Positions 16,733 to 24,606 of a stretch of 32,000 nt of DNA are shown piece after piece. The notes beneath the pieces were generated by a model. That model was not told the origin of the DNA, ran no database searches, and saw only the letters and a program-made list of their open reading frames with translations. This DNA comes from Candidatus Peribacter riflensis. GTDB taxonomy: Bacteria > Patescibacteriota > Gracilibacteria > Peribacterales > Peribacteraceae. The stretch is from the NCBI GenBank assembly GCA_001430755.1, contig CP013062.1, forward strand, positions 1 through 32,000. Direction: 5' to 3'. Each line of letters opens with the position of its first letter. Position 1 is the first letter of the stretch. A program made the translations under genes and the position numbers.

Positions 16733-18010
16733 ATGTTCACCTACTTACGACAGCTCTGGCACTCCGAGGATCTCCGTCGCCGGATCCTCATGACGCTCTT
16801 TCTGCTGTTCCTCTACCGCGTCGTTGCGCACATCACAATTCCCGGCGCCGATCCCCAGGCGTTGCAGCAATACCTGGGCACCCGTTCCGCCTCCGGGCCC
16901 ATGGGCATCTTCGTCGCGCTCACCGGCGGCTCCATCGATAATTTCTCCGTGGTCCTGCTCGGGCTTTCGCCCTACATCAATGCGTCCATCATCGTGCAGC
17001 TCTGCACAGTGATCTTTCCGAAACTCGAGGCCCTGAGCAAAGAGGGCGCGCACGGTCAGCAGGAGCTCAACCGCTACATGCGCTGGATTTCCTTCCCGCT
17101 CGCATTCATGCAGAGCTACGGCTTTCTGATCCTCCTCAGCCGTGGCGGTTTGAATTTGGTGGATACGTCCTTCCCGTACGTTCTGCTGCCCATGCTCTAC
17201 GTGACGGCGGGGTCGCTCTTCGTGATGTGGCTGGGTGAAATCATCACCGAGAAGGGCATCGGCAATGGCATTTCGCTCATCATCTTCACAGGAATCGTTT
17301 CGGGCATTCCCGCCACCCTGAGCTCTGTGCTGGTGGGGGGTCAGGGCCAGATGGGGATGTTCTTCCTCTTCTCCGCCATCTCGGTGGCGATGCTCATCGC
17401 AGTCGTGCTCTTCACCGATGCCCACAAACTGGTGCCCATCACGTACGCAAATCAGGGGGCCGGACGGGGGGTCGCCGGCGGTATTCCGATTCGCCTGAAC
17501 CAGGCAGGCATGATTCCGATCATCTTCGCGATTTCGCTCATCACCTTCCCGGCGATTCTCGCTCAATTCCTGCAGACGGCGCCGCGCTTCGCCTCCGTCG
17601 TGAGCTTCATCACGCTCTACTTGAGCCCGCAGAACCCGAGTCTCCTCTACCTGCTCGTCTATTTCCTGCTCGTGGTCGCCTTCACCTACTTCTACGTTTC
17701 AGTGACGTTCAAAGTGGATGATCTGGCCGAGCAGATCCAGAAGCGCGGAGGGTTCATCCCGGGCATCCGGCCCGGCCGCCAGACAGCGGAGGTGCTGCAG
17801 CGCACCTCGAGTCGCCTGAACCTGTGGGGCGGCACGTTCCTGGGGCTCATTGCCGTTCTCCCGCTCGCCTTTACCAAGTTTTCCACGATGAGCCGTGCCG
17901 ATCTCATCATTTCCGGTTCCGGTCTCATCATCGTGGTGGGCGTCGTGATGGAATTGATCCGACAAATCAACGCGCAATTGCTCGCTCACGACTACGAAAA
18001 GTTGGTGTAG
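16733..18010 (+). CDS. secY: preprotein translocase subunit SecY
   Basis: 425 aa, 10-TM pattern, in conserved position after rplO. Confidence 0.96.
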   Translation: MFTYLRQLWHSEDLRRRILMTLFLLFLYRVVAHITIPGADPQALQQYLGTRSASGPMGIFVALTGGSIDNFSVVLLGLSPYINASIIVQLCTVIFPKLEALSKEGAHGQQELNRYMRWISFPLAFMQSYGFLILLSRGGLNLVDTSFPYVLLPMLYVTAGSLFVMWLGEIITEKGIGNGISLIIFTGIVSGIPATLSSVLVGGQGQMGMFFLFSAISVAMLIAVVLFTDAHKLVPITYANQGAGRGVAGGIPIRLNQAGMIPIIFAISLITFPAILAQFLQTAPRFASVVSFITLYLSPQNPSLLYLLVYFLLVVAFTYFYVSVTFKVDDLAEQIQKRGGFIPGIRPGRQTAEVLQRTSSRLNLWGGTFLGLIAVLPLAFTKFSTMSRADLIISGSGLIIVVGVVMELIRQINAQLLAHDYEKLV

Positions 18011-18017
18011 GACGATG

Positions 18018-18434
18018 TCAGGTAGGTAAAGTAGGTAAGGTAAGTACGGTAGGGGAACATTTCTGATGCAGTGAGTTCGTTAATTGATGCAGTAGGTACG
18101 AGGTGCGATTTACGTGTGCAAGGAGCTCCTGATATTGCTCTGATGTTAGGTAAAGAAGATCGAGAGAAAGCTCTAGGAAATTATCAACTTCCGCGGCTGA
18201 TGCATATGCTCGTTCGTAATAAATACGTCGATGAGCTGACGAACTCATCCTTGAGCCTTCTGCAATCTGGGCGCCAATTGATGATGATGATGCTCTTCTG
18301 AGCTGGCTTGTCAGACCGAAGCGTTCATGCGATGGGAACGAGGTAGTGACTTTGTATAGAAGAATTGTCAGAGCGTGAGCCTCTTGCCAGACAATGAGCT
18401 TTCTGAATCCTTCTTGAAAGCGTTGGTAGGCCAT
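18018..18434 (-). CDS. four-helix-bundle protein (23S rRNA intervening-sequence protein family, TIGR02436/PF05635-like)
   Basis: Family hallmarks: LIVWQEAHAL, FPSHERFGLTSQLRRAS and AQIAEG. ATG at 18434 gives MAYQRF. The last ~10 codons (TVLTLPTLPT) are read from the repeat arm. Two hand-counted lines are about 42-45% G+C. Confidence 0.88.
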   Translation of the reverse strand: MAYQRFQEGFRKLIVWQEAHALTILLYKVTTSFPSHERFGLTSQLRRASSSSIGAQIAEGSRMSSSAHRRIYYERAYASAAEVDNFLELSLDLLYLTSEQYQELLAHVNRTSYLLHQLTNSLHQKCSPTVLTLPTLPT

Positions 18435-18535
18435 GTGTACGAACGTACACCTCACATACCGTGACGTCAATCATTTGCGCAAATTGCCTACCTTACCTAC
18501 CTTACCTTCAATACTTTCCTTACTACCTTACCTTC
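18021..18535. repeat. inverted (GGTAAG/GGTAGG)n and (CTTACC/CCTACC)n arms enclosing the four-helix-bundle gene
   Basis: 18024-18046 pairs with 18485-18507: 20 WC plus 1 GU out of 23 positions, including 12 consecutive perfect bp (18031-18042 with 18489-18500). Confidence 0.85.
18442..18470 (-). promoter_or_regulatory. candidate promoter of the four-helix-bundle gene (near-leaderless)
   Basis: The minus strand reads TTGACG (18470-18465), a 17-nt spacer, then TACGTT (18447-18442), only 7 nt before ATG 18434. It is embedded among three palindromes. Confidence 0.3.
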
Positions 18536-18537
18536 GC

Positions 18538-19098
18538 ATGGACCTCGTTCTCTTCGGTATCCAAGGCAGTGGCAAAGGCACGCAAGCCAAGCGTCTCTGC
18601 GCGGAGTTCGATTTTGAAATGTTCGAGGCTGGTGGAGAACTGCGCAAGATCGCAGCGGGCGGTTCAAAGCTTGGTGCAACGGTGAAGTCCTACATTGATG
18701 TCGGAAAGCTGGTACCGTTCGAGATCATCATGCAGGTGGTCAAAGAGGCGATTCTCGCGCGCCCGAAGTCGCAGAAGATTCTCTTCGACGGCATTCCGCG
18801 GGATCAGGATCAAATGACGGCATTCGACGCGATTATGGCCGAAGCGGGCAGAGATTTTCGCTGCATCGAGATAGAGCTGAGCGAGGAGGAGGGAGTGCAG
18901 CGCATCCTGGGCAGGGCCCAAGTCGAAGGCCGCAAAGACGATGCCGACGAAACAATCATCCGCCGCCGCATGAAGACGTTCTTCGAGAAGACGAAGCCCG
19001 TGATCGAGCGCTACAAAGCCGCAGGAAAACTGACGGAGGTGGATGGGCGGGGGACGGTGGAGGAGGTGTACGAAGCGATGAGGAAACTTATTAGCTGA
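18538..19098 (+). CDS. adk: adenylate kinase (short form, no zinc lid)
   Basis: ATG at 18538 gives MDLVLFGIQGSGKGTQ (P-loop). Confidence 0.93.
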   Translation: MDLVLFGIQGSGKGTQAKRLCAEFDFEMFEAGGELRKIAAGGSKLGATVKSYIDVGKLVPFEIIMQVVKEAILARPKSQKILFDGIPRDQDQMTAFDAIMAEAGRDFRCIEIELSEEEGVQRILGRAQVEGRKDDADETIIRRRMKTFFEKTKPVIERYKAAGKLTEVDGRGTVEEVYEAMRKLIS

Positions 19099-19099
19099 T

Positions 19100-19218
19100 T
19101 GGCTTGTTGGCTTGTTCGTAGCCAAAACATACCTTTTCGATCATGCACTGAACTCAATCTCAGCAACCGAATAAGCTAACAACCTAACCACCTAACCACC
19201 CAACAACCTAACAAGCTA
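19100..19218 (+). repeat. TTGGCTTG / AACCTAAC-type stem-loop between adk and map
   Basis: 19100-19118 pairs with 19200-19218: 15 WC plus 2 GU plus 2 mismatches. It starts 2 nt after the adk TGA and ends 12 nt before the map ATG. Confidence 0.65.
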
Positions 19219-19230
19219 TACTTCCCTTCG

Positions 19231-19983
19231 ATGCCCCGTTTCCAAATCTTCACAGAAGCAGAGGTCACCTCGGTGCGGAAGGGGGGAAAGATTCTCCATG
19301 ATTGCCTGCAGCACGTCGCCGCGCTGACCGAGCCGGGCGTGACAACGGGCTTTCTCGATTCCATTGCTGAGACCTTTATCCGTGACCACGGGGGGGCCCC
19401 CGGCTTCAAAGGGTATCAGGGCTTTCCGGCCACGCTCTGCACGTCCGTGAACGATGTTTGCGTGCATGGCATCCCGGGGTCGCAGGTGCTGGCCAATGGC
19501 GACATCATTTCGATCGATTGCGGGGTGCTCTTGGACGGGTTCTACACCGATGCCTGCCTGACAGTGGCGGTCGGGCCCATTGTTCCTGCAGCCAAGCTGC
19601 TCATGGAGACCACAGAGGAGGCCCTCAAGCAGGCCATTGCCATCGTGAAGGCGGGTGCGCATGTGGGGGATATTTCCGCTGCGGTGGAGCGCACGGCGCG
19701 TGCGCAGGGATTTGCACCCGTGCGGGCCCTCACGGGGCATGGTGTCGGCAAAACGCTCCATCAGTACCCGGATATTCCCAATGTGGGCACCGCAAAAACG
19801 GGTCCCGTACTCCCGGCGATGACGCTCATTGCCATCGAGCCCATCATTTCTGCCGGGAGCGACGCCATTACCGAAGGAGACGACGGATGGTCGATTTACG
19901 TGAAGGATCATGCACTGGTGGCGCACTACGAACACACCATGCTGGTGCGACCGGAGGGGGCAGAAGTGCTGACGGCCGGGTGA
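19231..19983 (+). CDS. map: methionine aminopeptidase, type I
   Basis: Pita-bread fold motifs ([19 protein letters not shown]) in conserved operon position. Confidence 0.94.
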   Translation: MPRFQIFTEAEVTSVRKGGKILHDCLQHVAALTEPGVTTGFLDSIAETFIRDHGGAPGFKGYQGFPATLCTSVNDVCVHGIPGSQVLANGDIISIDCGVLLDGFYTDACLTVAVGPIVPAAKLLMETTEEALKQAIAIVKAGAHVGDISAAVERTARAQGFAPVRALTGHGVGKTLHQYPDIPNVGTAKTGPVLPAMTLIAIEPIISAGSDAITEGDDGWSIYVKDHALVAHYEHTMLVRPEGAEVLTAG

Positions 19984-20123
19984 AATGTGCTTATATAACA
20001 TTTTGTATGTTTATCAACACAAATTTCCATCTTCTCGTGAAAATGGCATCCAATTCCTTGCTGGCGCAGAAACGGCTCTGTAGGATGCCTCGGCTTTCGT
20101 TCGTGTATTTTTTCTTGCGCTCT

Positions 20124-20393
20124 GTGTCCAAGCAGGATGTGATTGAACTCGTCGGCGTGGTGGAAGAAACTTTTCCCAACGCCATGTTCCGAGTCCGAAT
20201 CACGAGTGACCAAGCCAAAAACCACGAACTCCTTTGCCACCTCGCTGGGCGCATGCGGGTGCATCGCGTCCGCATCCTTCCCGGTGATCGGGTGAAAGTG
20301 GAAATGACGCCCTACGATCTCAAGAAAGGTCGCATCGTCTACCGCTTCTCTCCGGATCGTCCCCCTGTTGCTCAGGAGGAACCTGCCCGGTGA
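20124..20393 (+). CDS. infA: translation initiation factor IF-1 (short C-terminal tail)
   Basis: GTG at 20124 gives (M)[23 protein letters not shown], aligning with canonical IF-1 N-termini. An in-frame ATG at 20085 is an alternative start. Confidence 0.85.
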   Translation: MSKQDVIELVGVVEETFPNAMFRVRITSDQAKNHELLCHLAGRMRVHRVRILPGDRVKVEMTPYDLKKGRIVYRFSPDRPPVAQEEPAR

Positions 20394-20414
20394 AGATTCC
20401 CTCATCTCTCTCCC

Positions 20415-20546
20415 ATGAAAGTTCGTGCTTCCGCCAAGCCCATCTGCAAGGATTGTCGCCTGGTCATCCGCCGGAGCGGAAAAGGCAAAATGGTGCGCCG
20501 CATCGTCTGCCGCAAGAATCCGAAGCACAAACAGCGTCAAGGCTAA
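20415..20546 (+). CDS. rpmJ: 50S ribosomal protein L36
   Basis: Not in the ORF track (43 aa). Hand translation: [43 protein letters not shown], stop TAA at 20544-20546. Confidence 0.93.
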   Translation: MKVRASAKPICKDCRLVIRRSGKGKMVRRIVCRKNPKHKQRQG

Positions 20547-20561
20547 CGTCTCCCCCCTTCT

Positions 20562-20942
20562 ATGATCCGCGTTTCTGGAGTTGTCCTTCCCGGCAATAAG
20601 CACATCGTCATTGCCCTGACGCACATCAAGGGCATCGGGCGACCGCTGGCGTCGAAGATTCTGGCGGAACTCCGCATCCCCCTCGAAAAGAAAGCCGATG
20701 CTCTCTCCGAAGAGGAGCAGGCCCGCATCCGTTCCCGCGTCGAGCGCGAGACCGTGGAGGGCGAACTCACGCGCAAGATATCGATGGATGTCAAACGTCT
20801 GCAGGATATCGGCACGTGGCGCGGCTACCGTCACCGCAAGAAGCTCCCCGTGCGCGGACAGACCTCGCGCCGCAATGCCCGCACGAAGCGTGGCAAGAAG
20901 AAGACGGGTCTCTCTGGTCGCGTGACGCTCACCAAGACGTAA
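20562..20942 (+). CDS. rpsM: 30S ribosomal protein S13
   Basis: MIRVSGVVLPGNKHIVIALTHIKGIG matches uS13. Confidence 0.96.
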   Translation: MIRVSGVVLPGNKHIVIALTHIKGIGRPLASKILAELRIPLEKKADALSEEEQARIRSRVERETVEGELTRKISMDVKRLQDIGTWRGYRHRKKLPVRGQTSRRNARTKRGKKKTGLSGRVTLTKT

Positions 20943-20959
20943 ACCCCCCTCACTCTGCT

Positions 20960-21487
20960 ATGGCTGATTTGACCCCCCAGACACCGGCTTCCCCCTCCGC
21001 CAAGGCTACGGCGGACAAGTCCGACTCTGCCCCGAAGAAGGCCGAGACGCTCACCGAGAAGCTCGAAGCTTCTGCGGCATCCGCCGAGGGCGCCGATGCC
21101 AAGGCCGGCCCCAAGGTCCGCCGCAAGAAGATCAAGAAGTCCGTGCCGCAGGCGCGCGTCTGTATTCATGCCGGCGAGAACAACACGATCGTGACGTTCA
21201 CGGATTTGCAGGGCAACAAGCTCGGTGGTTGCAGCGCCGGCATGGCCGGTTTCAAGGGCACCCGCAAGTCCACGCCCTACGCGGCGAAAGTGGCGGCCGA
21301 GAAGGCTTCGGAGCTGGTGCAGGGCTACGGCATTCAGTCCGTGACCGTGGAGGTGAAGGGGCTCGGACCCGGACGGGAGCAGTCCATTCGCGGGCTGCAG
21401 AGCGCGGGCCTCAATCTGGATGCCATCGTCGATACGACGCCGATTCCCCACGGCGGGGTGCGCCAGCCCGGACGGCGGCGCGTGTAA
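20960..21487 (+). CDS. rpsK: 30S ribosomal protein S11 (about 45-aa N-terminal extension)
   Basis: uS11 core (ARVCIHAGENNTIVTFTD...TPIPHGG) after an Ala/Ser/Lys-rich extension starting at ATG 20960. Confidence 0.92.
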   Translation: MADLTPQTPASPSAKATADKSDSAPKKAETLTEKLEASAASAEGADAKAGPKVRRKKIKKSVPQARVCIHAGENNTIVTFTDLQGNKLGGCSAGMAGFKGTRKSTPYAAKVAAEKASELVQGYGIQSVTVEVKGLGPGREQSIRGLQSAGLNLDAIVDTTPIPHGGVRQPGRRRV

Positions 21488-21517
21488 TCCCTTCGATTCT
21501 CTCCTCACTTTTTCCTC

Positions 21518-22135
21518 ATGAAGTACACAGGTCCAAAGGCGAAACGATGCCGTCGGCAGGGCTCCAACATCTACGGGGCCGACAAGTATGACAAAATTCT
21601 GCAGCGCAAGCCCTACGGTCCCGGTAAGGGGCCGAAGACGCGCCCGACGCGCCCCTCGGAGTACGCCAAGCAGCTGAAAGAGAAGCAGAAGGCCCGCGAT
21701 ATGTACGGTCTCTCGGAGCGGCAATTCCGCATTCTCTACGCCGAGGCGACCAAGAAGGCGGGGCAGACGGGCGAGACCTTCAAGCAGCTTCTGGAGCGCC
21801 GTCTCGACAACGTCATCTACCGTGCGGGGCTCGCTCTCACGCGCATGCAGGCACGGCAGTTCGTGAGCCATGGGCACTTTCTCATCGACGGAGTGCGCGT
21901 GTCGGTTCCCTCGTACCGCGTGCAACCGGGGGAGGTCATCATCATGCGGGAGCGGAACAAGCGCTCGCCAGTCTACGGACCGATCATCGATGCGCACGAG
22001 AAGTACATGCCGCCCAAGTGGCTGAAGGTGGATCATGGCGCAATGAAAGTCGAGGTCGTCGCCCTTCCTGCGCCCGACGATGCCGAACAGGCCATTGATG
22101 TCCGTCAGGTCGTGGAATTCTACTCTCGTACGTAG
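21518..22135 (+). CDS. rpsD: 30S ribosomal protein S4
   Basis: MKYTGPKAKRCRRQG N-terminus and S4 domain. Confidence 0.96.
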   Translation: MKYTGPKAKRCRRQGSNIYGADKYDKILQRKPYGPGKGPKTRPTRPSEYAKQLKEKQKARDMYGLSERQFRILYAEATKKAGQTGETFKQLLERRLDNVIYRAGLALTRMQARQFVSHGHFLIDGVRVSVPSYRVQPGEVIIMRERNKRSPVYGPIIDAHEKYMPPKWLKVDHGAMKVEVVALPAPDDAEQAIDVRQVVEFYSRT

Positions 22136-22193
22136 TCCGTTTTCTCTCTCGTCCCGCACTGTGCGGGCCACCCATTTCCTTCCTCTCTGTCCC

Positions 22194-23189
22194 ATGCACA
22201 TCATTCAGGAAGAGATTGGTCTCCCCACCTTCAGCGTCACGCCCGTGACGAAAGGGGATGCCACCCACGCCGTCTTCGTGATCGGGCCCCTGCCGCCGGG
22301 GTACGGGATGACTTTGGGCAACGCGCTCCGACGTGCGCTCTTGAGCAGCCTCCCGGGTGCCGCTGTTCTCTCGATGCGCGTCCATGGCGCGCAGCACGAA
22401 TACGCGACGGTCAAAGGGGTACAAGAGACGATTCTGGATATCGGGCTCAACTTAAAGCGCCTCAAGATGCGCAAGCACGGCAAGGATCTGGAGGTCATCA
22501 CACTCCAGGCGAAGGGTCCCAAGGTGGTCACCGCCGAAGATCTGAAGGTCTCTTCGGATATCGAAGTCCTGAACAAGGATCTGCCCATCCTCACTGTCGA
22601 GAAAGGCGGAGCGATCGACATGCAGATCACCGTGGGCAAAGGTGTGGGATACGCGCCGGCTTCCGAACGCAACAAGAAGCAGAACGAGCCGGGGCTCATC
22701 CACATCGATGCCATTTTCAGCCCGGTCGAGAAGGTCCGGTTCACCGTAGAGACGGCCCGCGTGGGTCAGCGTACGGACTTAGAGAAGCTCGTCGTGGATG
22801 TGCAGACGAATGGCTCCCTTTCGGCGGAGGAGGCGGTACAGTTCGCTTCGCAGCTCCTCAAGAGTTACTTCGAATACTTCGGCTCGACCGAGAAGGTGGT
22901 GGAGCCCGAGTTCATCGCCGATTTCTCGCGCGCAGGACCGCAAGTCGGCGAGACGGGCATGGATCTGTCGGTGAAAGAGAGCTACACGCCGATCGAGATT
23001 CTCAATTTCTCGCCGCGCACGCTCAATGCCCTCATTAATGCGGGCGTGGGCTCCATCGAACAACTCACCAAGTGCACGGAAGCGGCTCTCAGTAACTTCC
23101 GCGGATTCGGCGCCAAGGCCCTCGAAGAAGTGAAACAGACCCTGGCCGAGCGCGGGCTCAAACTCTCTGAGGAATCCTTGGACAGCTGA
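22194..23189 (+). CDS. rpoA: DNA-directed RNA polymerase subunit alpha
   Basis: ATG at 22194. The N-terminal dimerisation domain and the C-terminal HhH domain (LNFSPRTLNALINAGV) are both present. Confidence 0.95.
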   Translation: MHIIQEEIGLPTFSVTPVTKGDATHAVFVIGPLPPGYGMTLGNALRRALLSSLPGAAVLSMRVHGAQHEYATVKGVQETILDIGLNLKRLKMRKHGKDLEVITLQAKGPKVVTAEDLKVSSDIEVLNKDLPILTVEKGGAIDMQITVGKGVGYAPASERNKKQNEPGLIHIDAIFSPVEKVRFTVETARVGQRTDLEKLVVDVQTNGSLSAEEAVQFASQLLKSYFEYFGSTEKVVEPEFIADFSRAGPQVGETGMDLSVKESYTPIEILNFSPRTLNALINAGVGSIEQLTKCTEAALSNFRGFGAKALEEVKQTLAERGLKLSEESLDS

Positions 23190-23226
23190 GCCGTTTTTCC
23201 TCTACGCTGCGCACCTCTTTTCCTCC

Positions 23227-23643
23227 ATGCGACATCGTCTCTCTCGTCACCGGCTCGCCCTGAAACCCGCCCACGCGCGGATGTTCAAGCGCAACCTGCT
23301 CACGTCGCTGCTGCTCTACGAATCCGTGCGTACGACCAAGAAGCGCGCGCAGGTGGTGGCCCCGATGGTGGATCATCTGATCGCCGTGGCCAAGTCTTCC
23401 GCTCCGTACAATGCCATTCGTGCGATCAACCGCGTCGTGACGGATAAGAACGCCAGCCGCAAGATCATGGAAGTCTACGTGAAGCGCTTTGCCTCCGTGC
23501 CCTCCGGCTTCACGCGCATGGTGCCTGTGGGTGCCCGCATCGGCGACGGTGCGCCTCTCGTGGATCTGATGTTTGTGGAAGGCATTGCGGTGACCGTTGA
23601 ACCCAAAGCAGCCAAGGTCAAGAAGTCCCCCTCGAAGAAATGA
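23227..23643 (+). CDS. rplQ: 50S ribosomal protein L17
   Basis: MRHRLSRHRLALKPAHARMF matches bL17. Confidence 0.95.
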   Translation: MRHRLSRHRLALKPAHARMFKRNLLTSLLLYESVRTTKKRAQVVAPMVDHLIAVAKSSAPYNAIRAINRVVTDKNASRKIMEVYVKRFASVPSGFTRMVPVGARIGDGAPLVDLMFVEGIAVTVEPKAAKVKKSPSKK

Positions 23644-24065
23644 AGACCTCCACGCCCAAAGCACCGGCTCCACGCTGGCTCCTCATCGATGCGGAGGGCC
23701 AGGTGCTCGGCCGTCTCGCCGCGCGCGTGGCGCTCATGCTGCGCGGCAAGAATAAGGCGCTGTTTTCGCCTCATCAGTTGTGCGGGGATCACGTCGTCGT
23801 CGTGAATGCCGCCAAGCTCACCATGACGCCCGCCAAATTCCGCCGCAAGACGTACTTTACGCACACGGGGTATCTGGGGCATCTGAAGGCGATTCCCCTC
23901 CAGAGAATGTTTGAAGAGCGTCCGGTCGAGCTCATCGAGCAATCCGTGCACGGCATGCTCCCCCGCAACCGTCTGCGCCCGCAAGCGCTCAAGCGCCTGC
24001 ATGTGTTTGCGGGTGCCGATCACACCTTCGAGGCGCAGAAGCCTGTTCTCACTCCCCTCCGGTAA
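23640..24065 (+). CDS. rplM: 50S ribosomal protein L13
   Basis: WLLIDAEGQVLGRLA pattern. ATGA overlap with rplQ. Confidence 0.95.
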   Translation: MKTSTPKAPAPRWLLIDAEGQVLGRLAARVALMLRGKNKALFSPHQLCGDHVVVVNAAKLTMTPAKFRRKTYFTHTGYLGHLKAIPLQRMFEERPVELIEQSVHGMLPRNRLRPQALKRLHVFAGADHTFEAQKPVLTPLR

Positions 24066-24068
24066 TCT

Positions 24069-24479
24069 ATGCAACCCACAGAGAAGAAACGGCAGTACCT
24101 GAGCGGCGTCGGCAAGCGCAAGACCGCCATTGCCCGCGTGAAGGTTTTTGAGGGCGGGTCCGGCGAGGCGATCGTGAACGGTCTCAAGATCAGAGAGTAC
24201 TTCGATACGGCATTCCAGACAGAGAACGCTCTGTCGCCCCTCGTCCTCGCGAACCTCAAAGGGCGCATCGATGTCGAGGCGATCACGCGTGGCGGAGGCA
24301 AGGAAGCACAGTCCGATGCCGTGCGGCACGGCCTGAGCCGCGCTCTCTTGCTCGTCAGCCCCGAATTGCGCGGTGACCTCAAGCGTGCCGGCTACCTGCG
24401 CCGCGATGCACGCATCAAGGAGCGCAAGAAGCCGGGCCTCAAGCGCGCCCGCCGTGCGCCGCAGTGGCAGAAACGATAG
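24069..24479 (+). CDS. rpsI: 30S ribosomal protein S9
   Basis: GVGKRKTAIARV and the C-terminal RRAPQWQKR. The stop TAG (24477-24479) lies inside the hairpin element. Confidence 0.95.
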   Translation: MQPTEKKRQYLSGVGKRKTAIARVKVFEGGSGEAIVNGLKIREYFDTAFQTENALSPLVLANLKGRIDVEAITRGGGKEAQSDAVRHGLSRALLLVSPELRGDLKRAGYLRRDARIKERKKPGLKRARRAPQWQKR

Positions 24480-24605
24480 GGAATAGGGAAGGGATTCGGA
24501 CGTAGGAGTTTTACTGAGGATCTTGTTGAACGAAGAAGCCCGTTCCTGCTTTTCTGGCTCTTCAAAGTACCCCTCTGTCCTATTCCCTATCCCCGAATCC
24601 CCACC
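24475..24605 (+). repeat. GGGAAT/ATTCCC stem-loop element, copy 2
   Basis: 24475-24487 (GATAGGGAATAGG) pairs with 24579-24591 (CCTATTCCCTATC): 13 perfect bp. There is also a second perfect 9-mer pair, 24491-24499 with 24593-24601. Confidence 0.85.
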
Positions 24606-24606
24606 T

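Noticed and set aside
18038-18058. The left arm of the cassette resembles the universally conserved 16S rRNA 3' region: AAGGTAA...GGTAGGGGAAC versus AAGGTAACCGTAGGGGAACC.
   Set aside because: The exact match is only about 10 nt (GTAGGGGAAC). By rough expectation a few such 10-mer matches to a 50-nt query arise by chance in 64 kb of two-strand sequence. The AAGGTAA part is just the arm's own repeat unit. It is worth rechecking only if other cassettes show the same motif.
5813-23643. UGA recoding (genetic code 25 or 4), as seen in some candidate phyla.
   Set aside because: TGA terminates rplC, rplN, rplQ, adk, infA and rpe at the expected protein ends, often within ATGA overlaps, so the standard code 11 fits.
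24475-24601. H-type pseudoknot formed by the two crossing perfect helices of the rpsI element.
   Set aside because: The connecting loops (2-3 nt and 1 nt) are too short to span 9- and 13-bp stems simultaneously. The pairings are treated instead as alternative registers.
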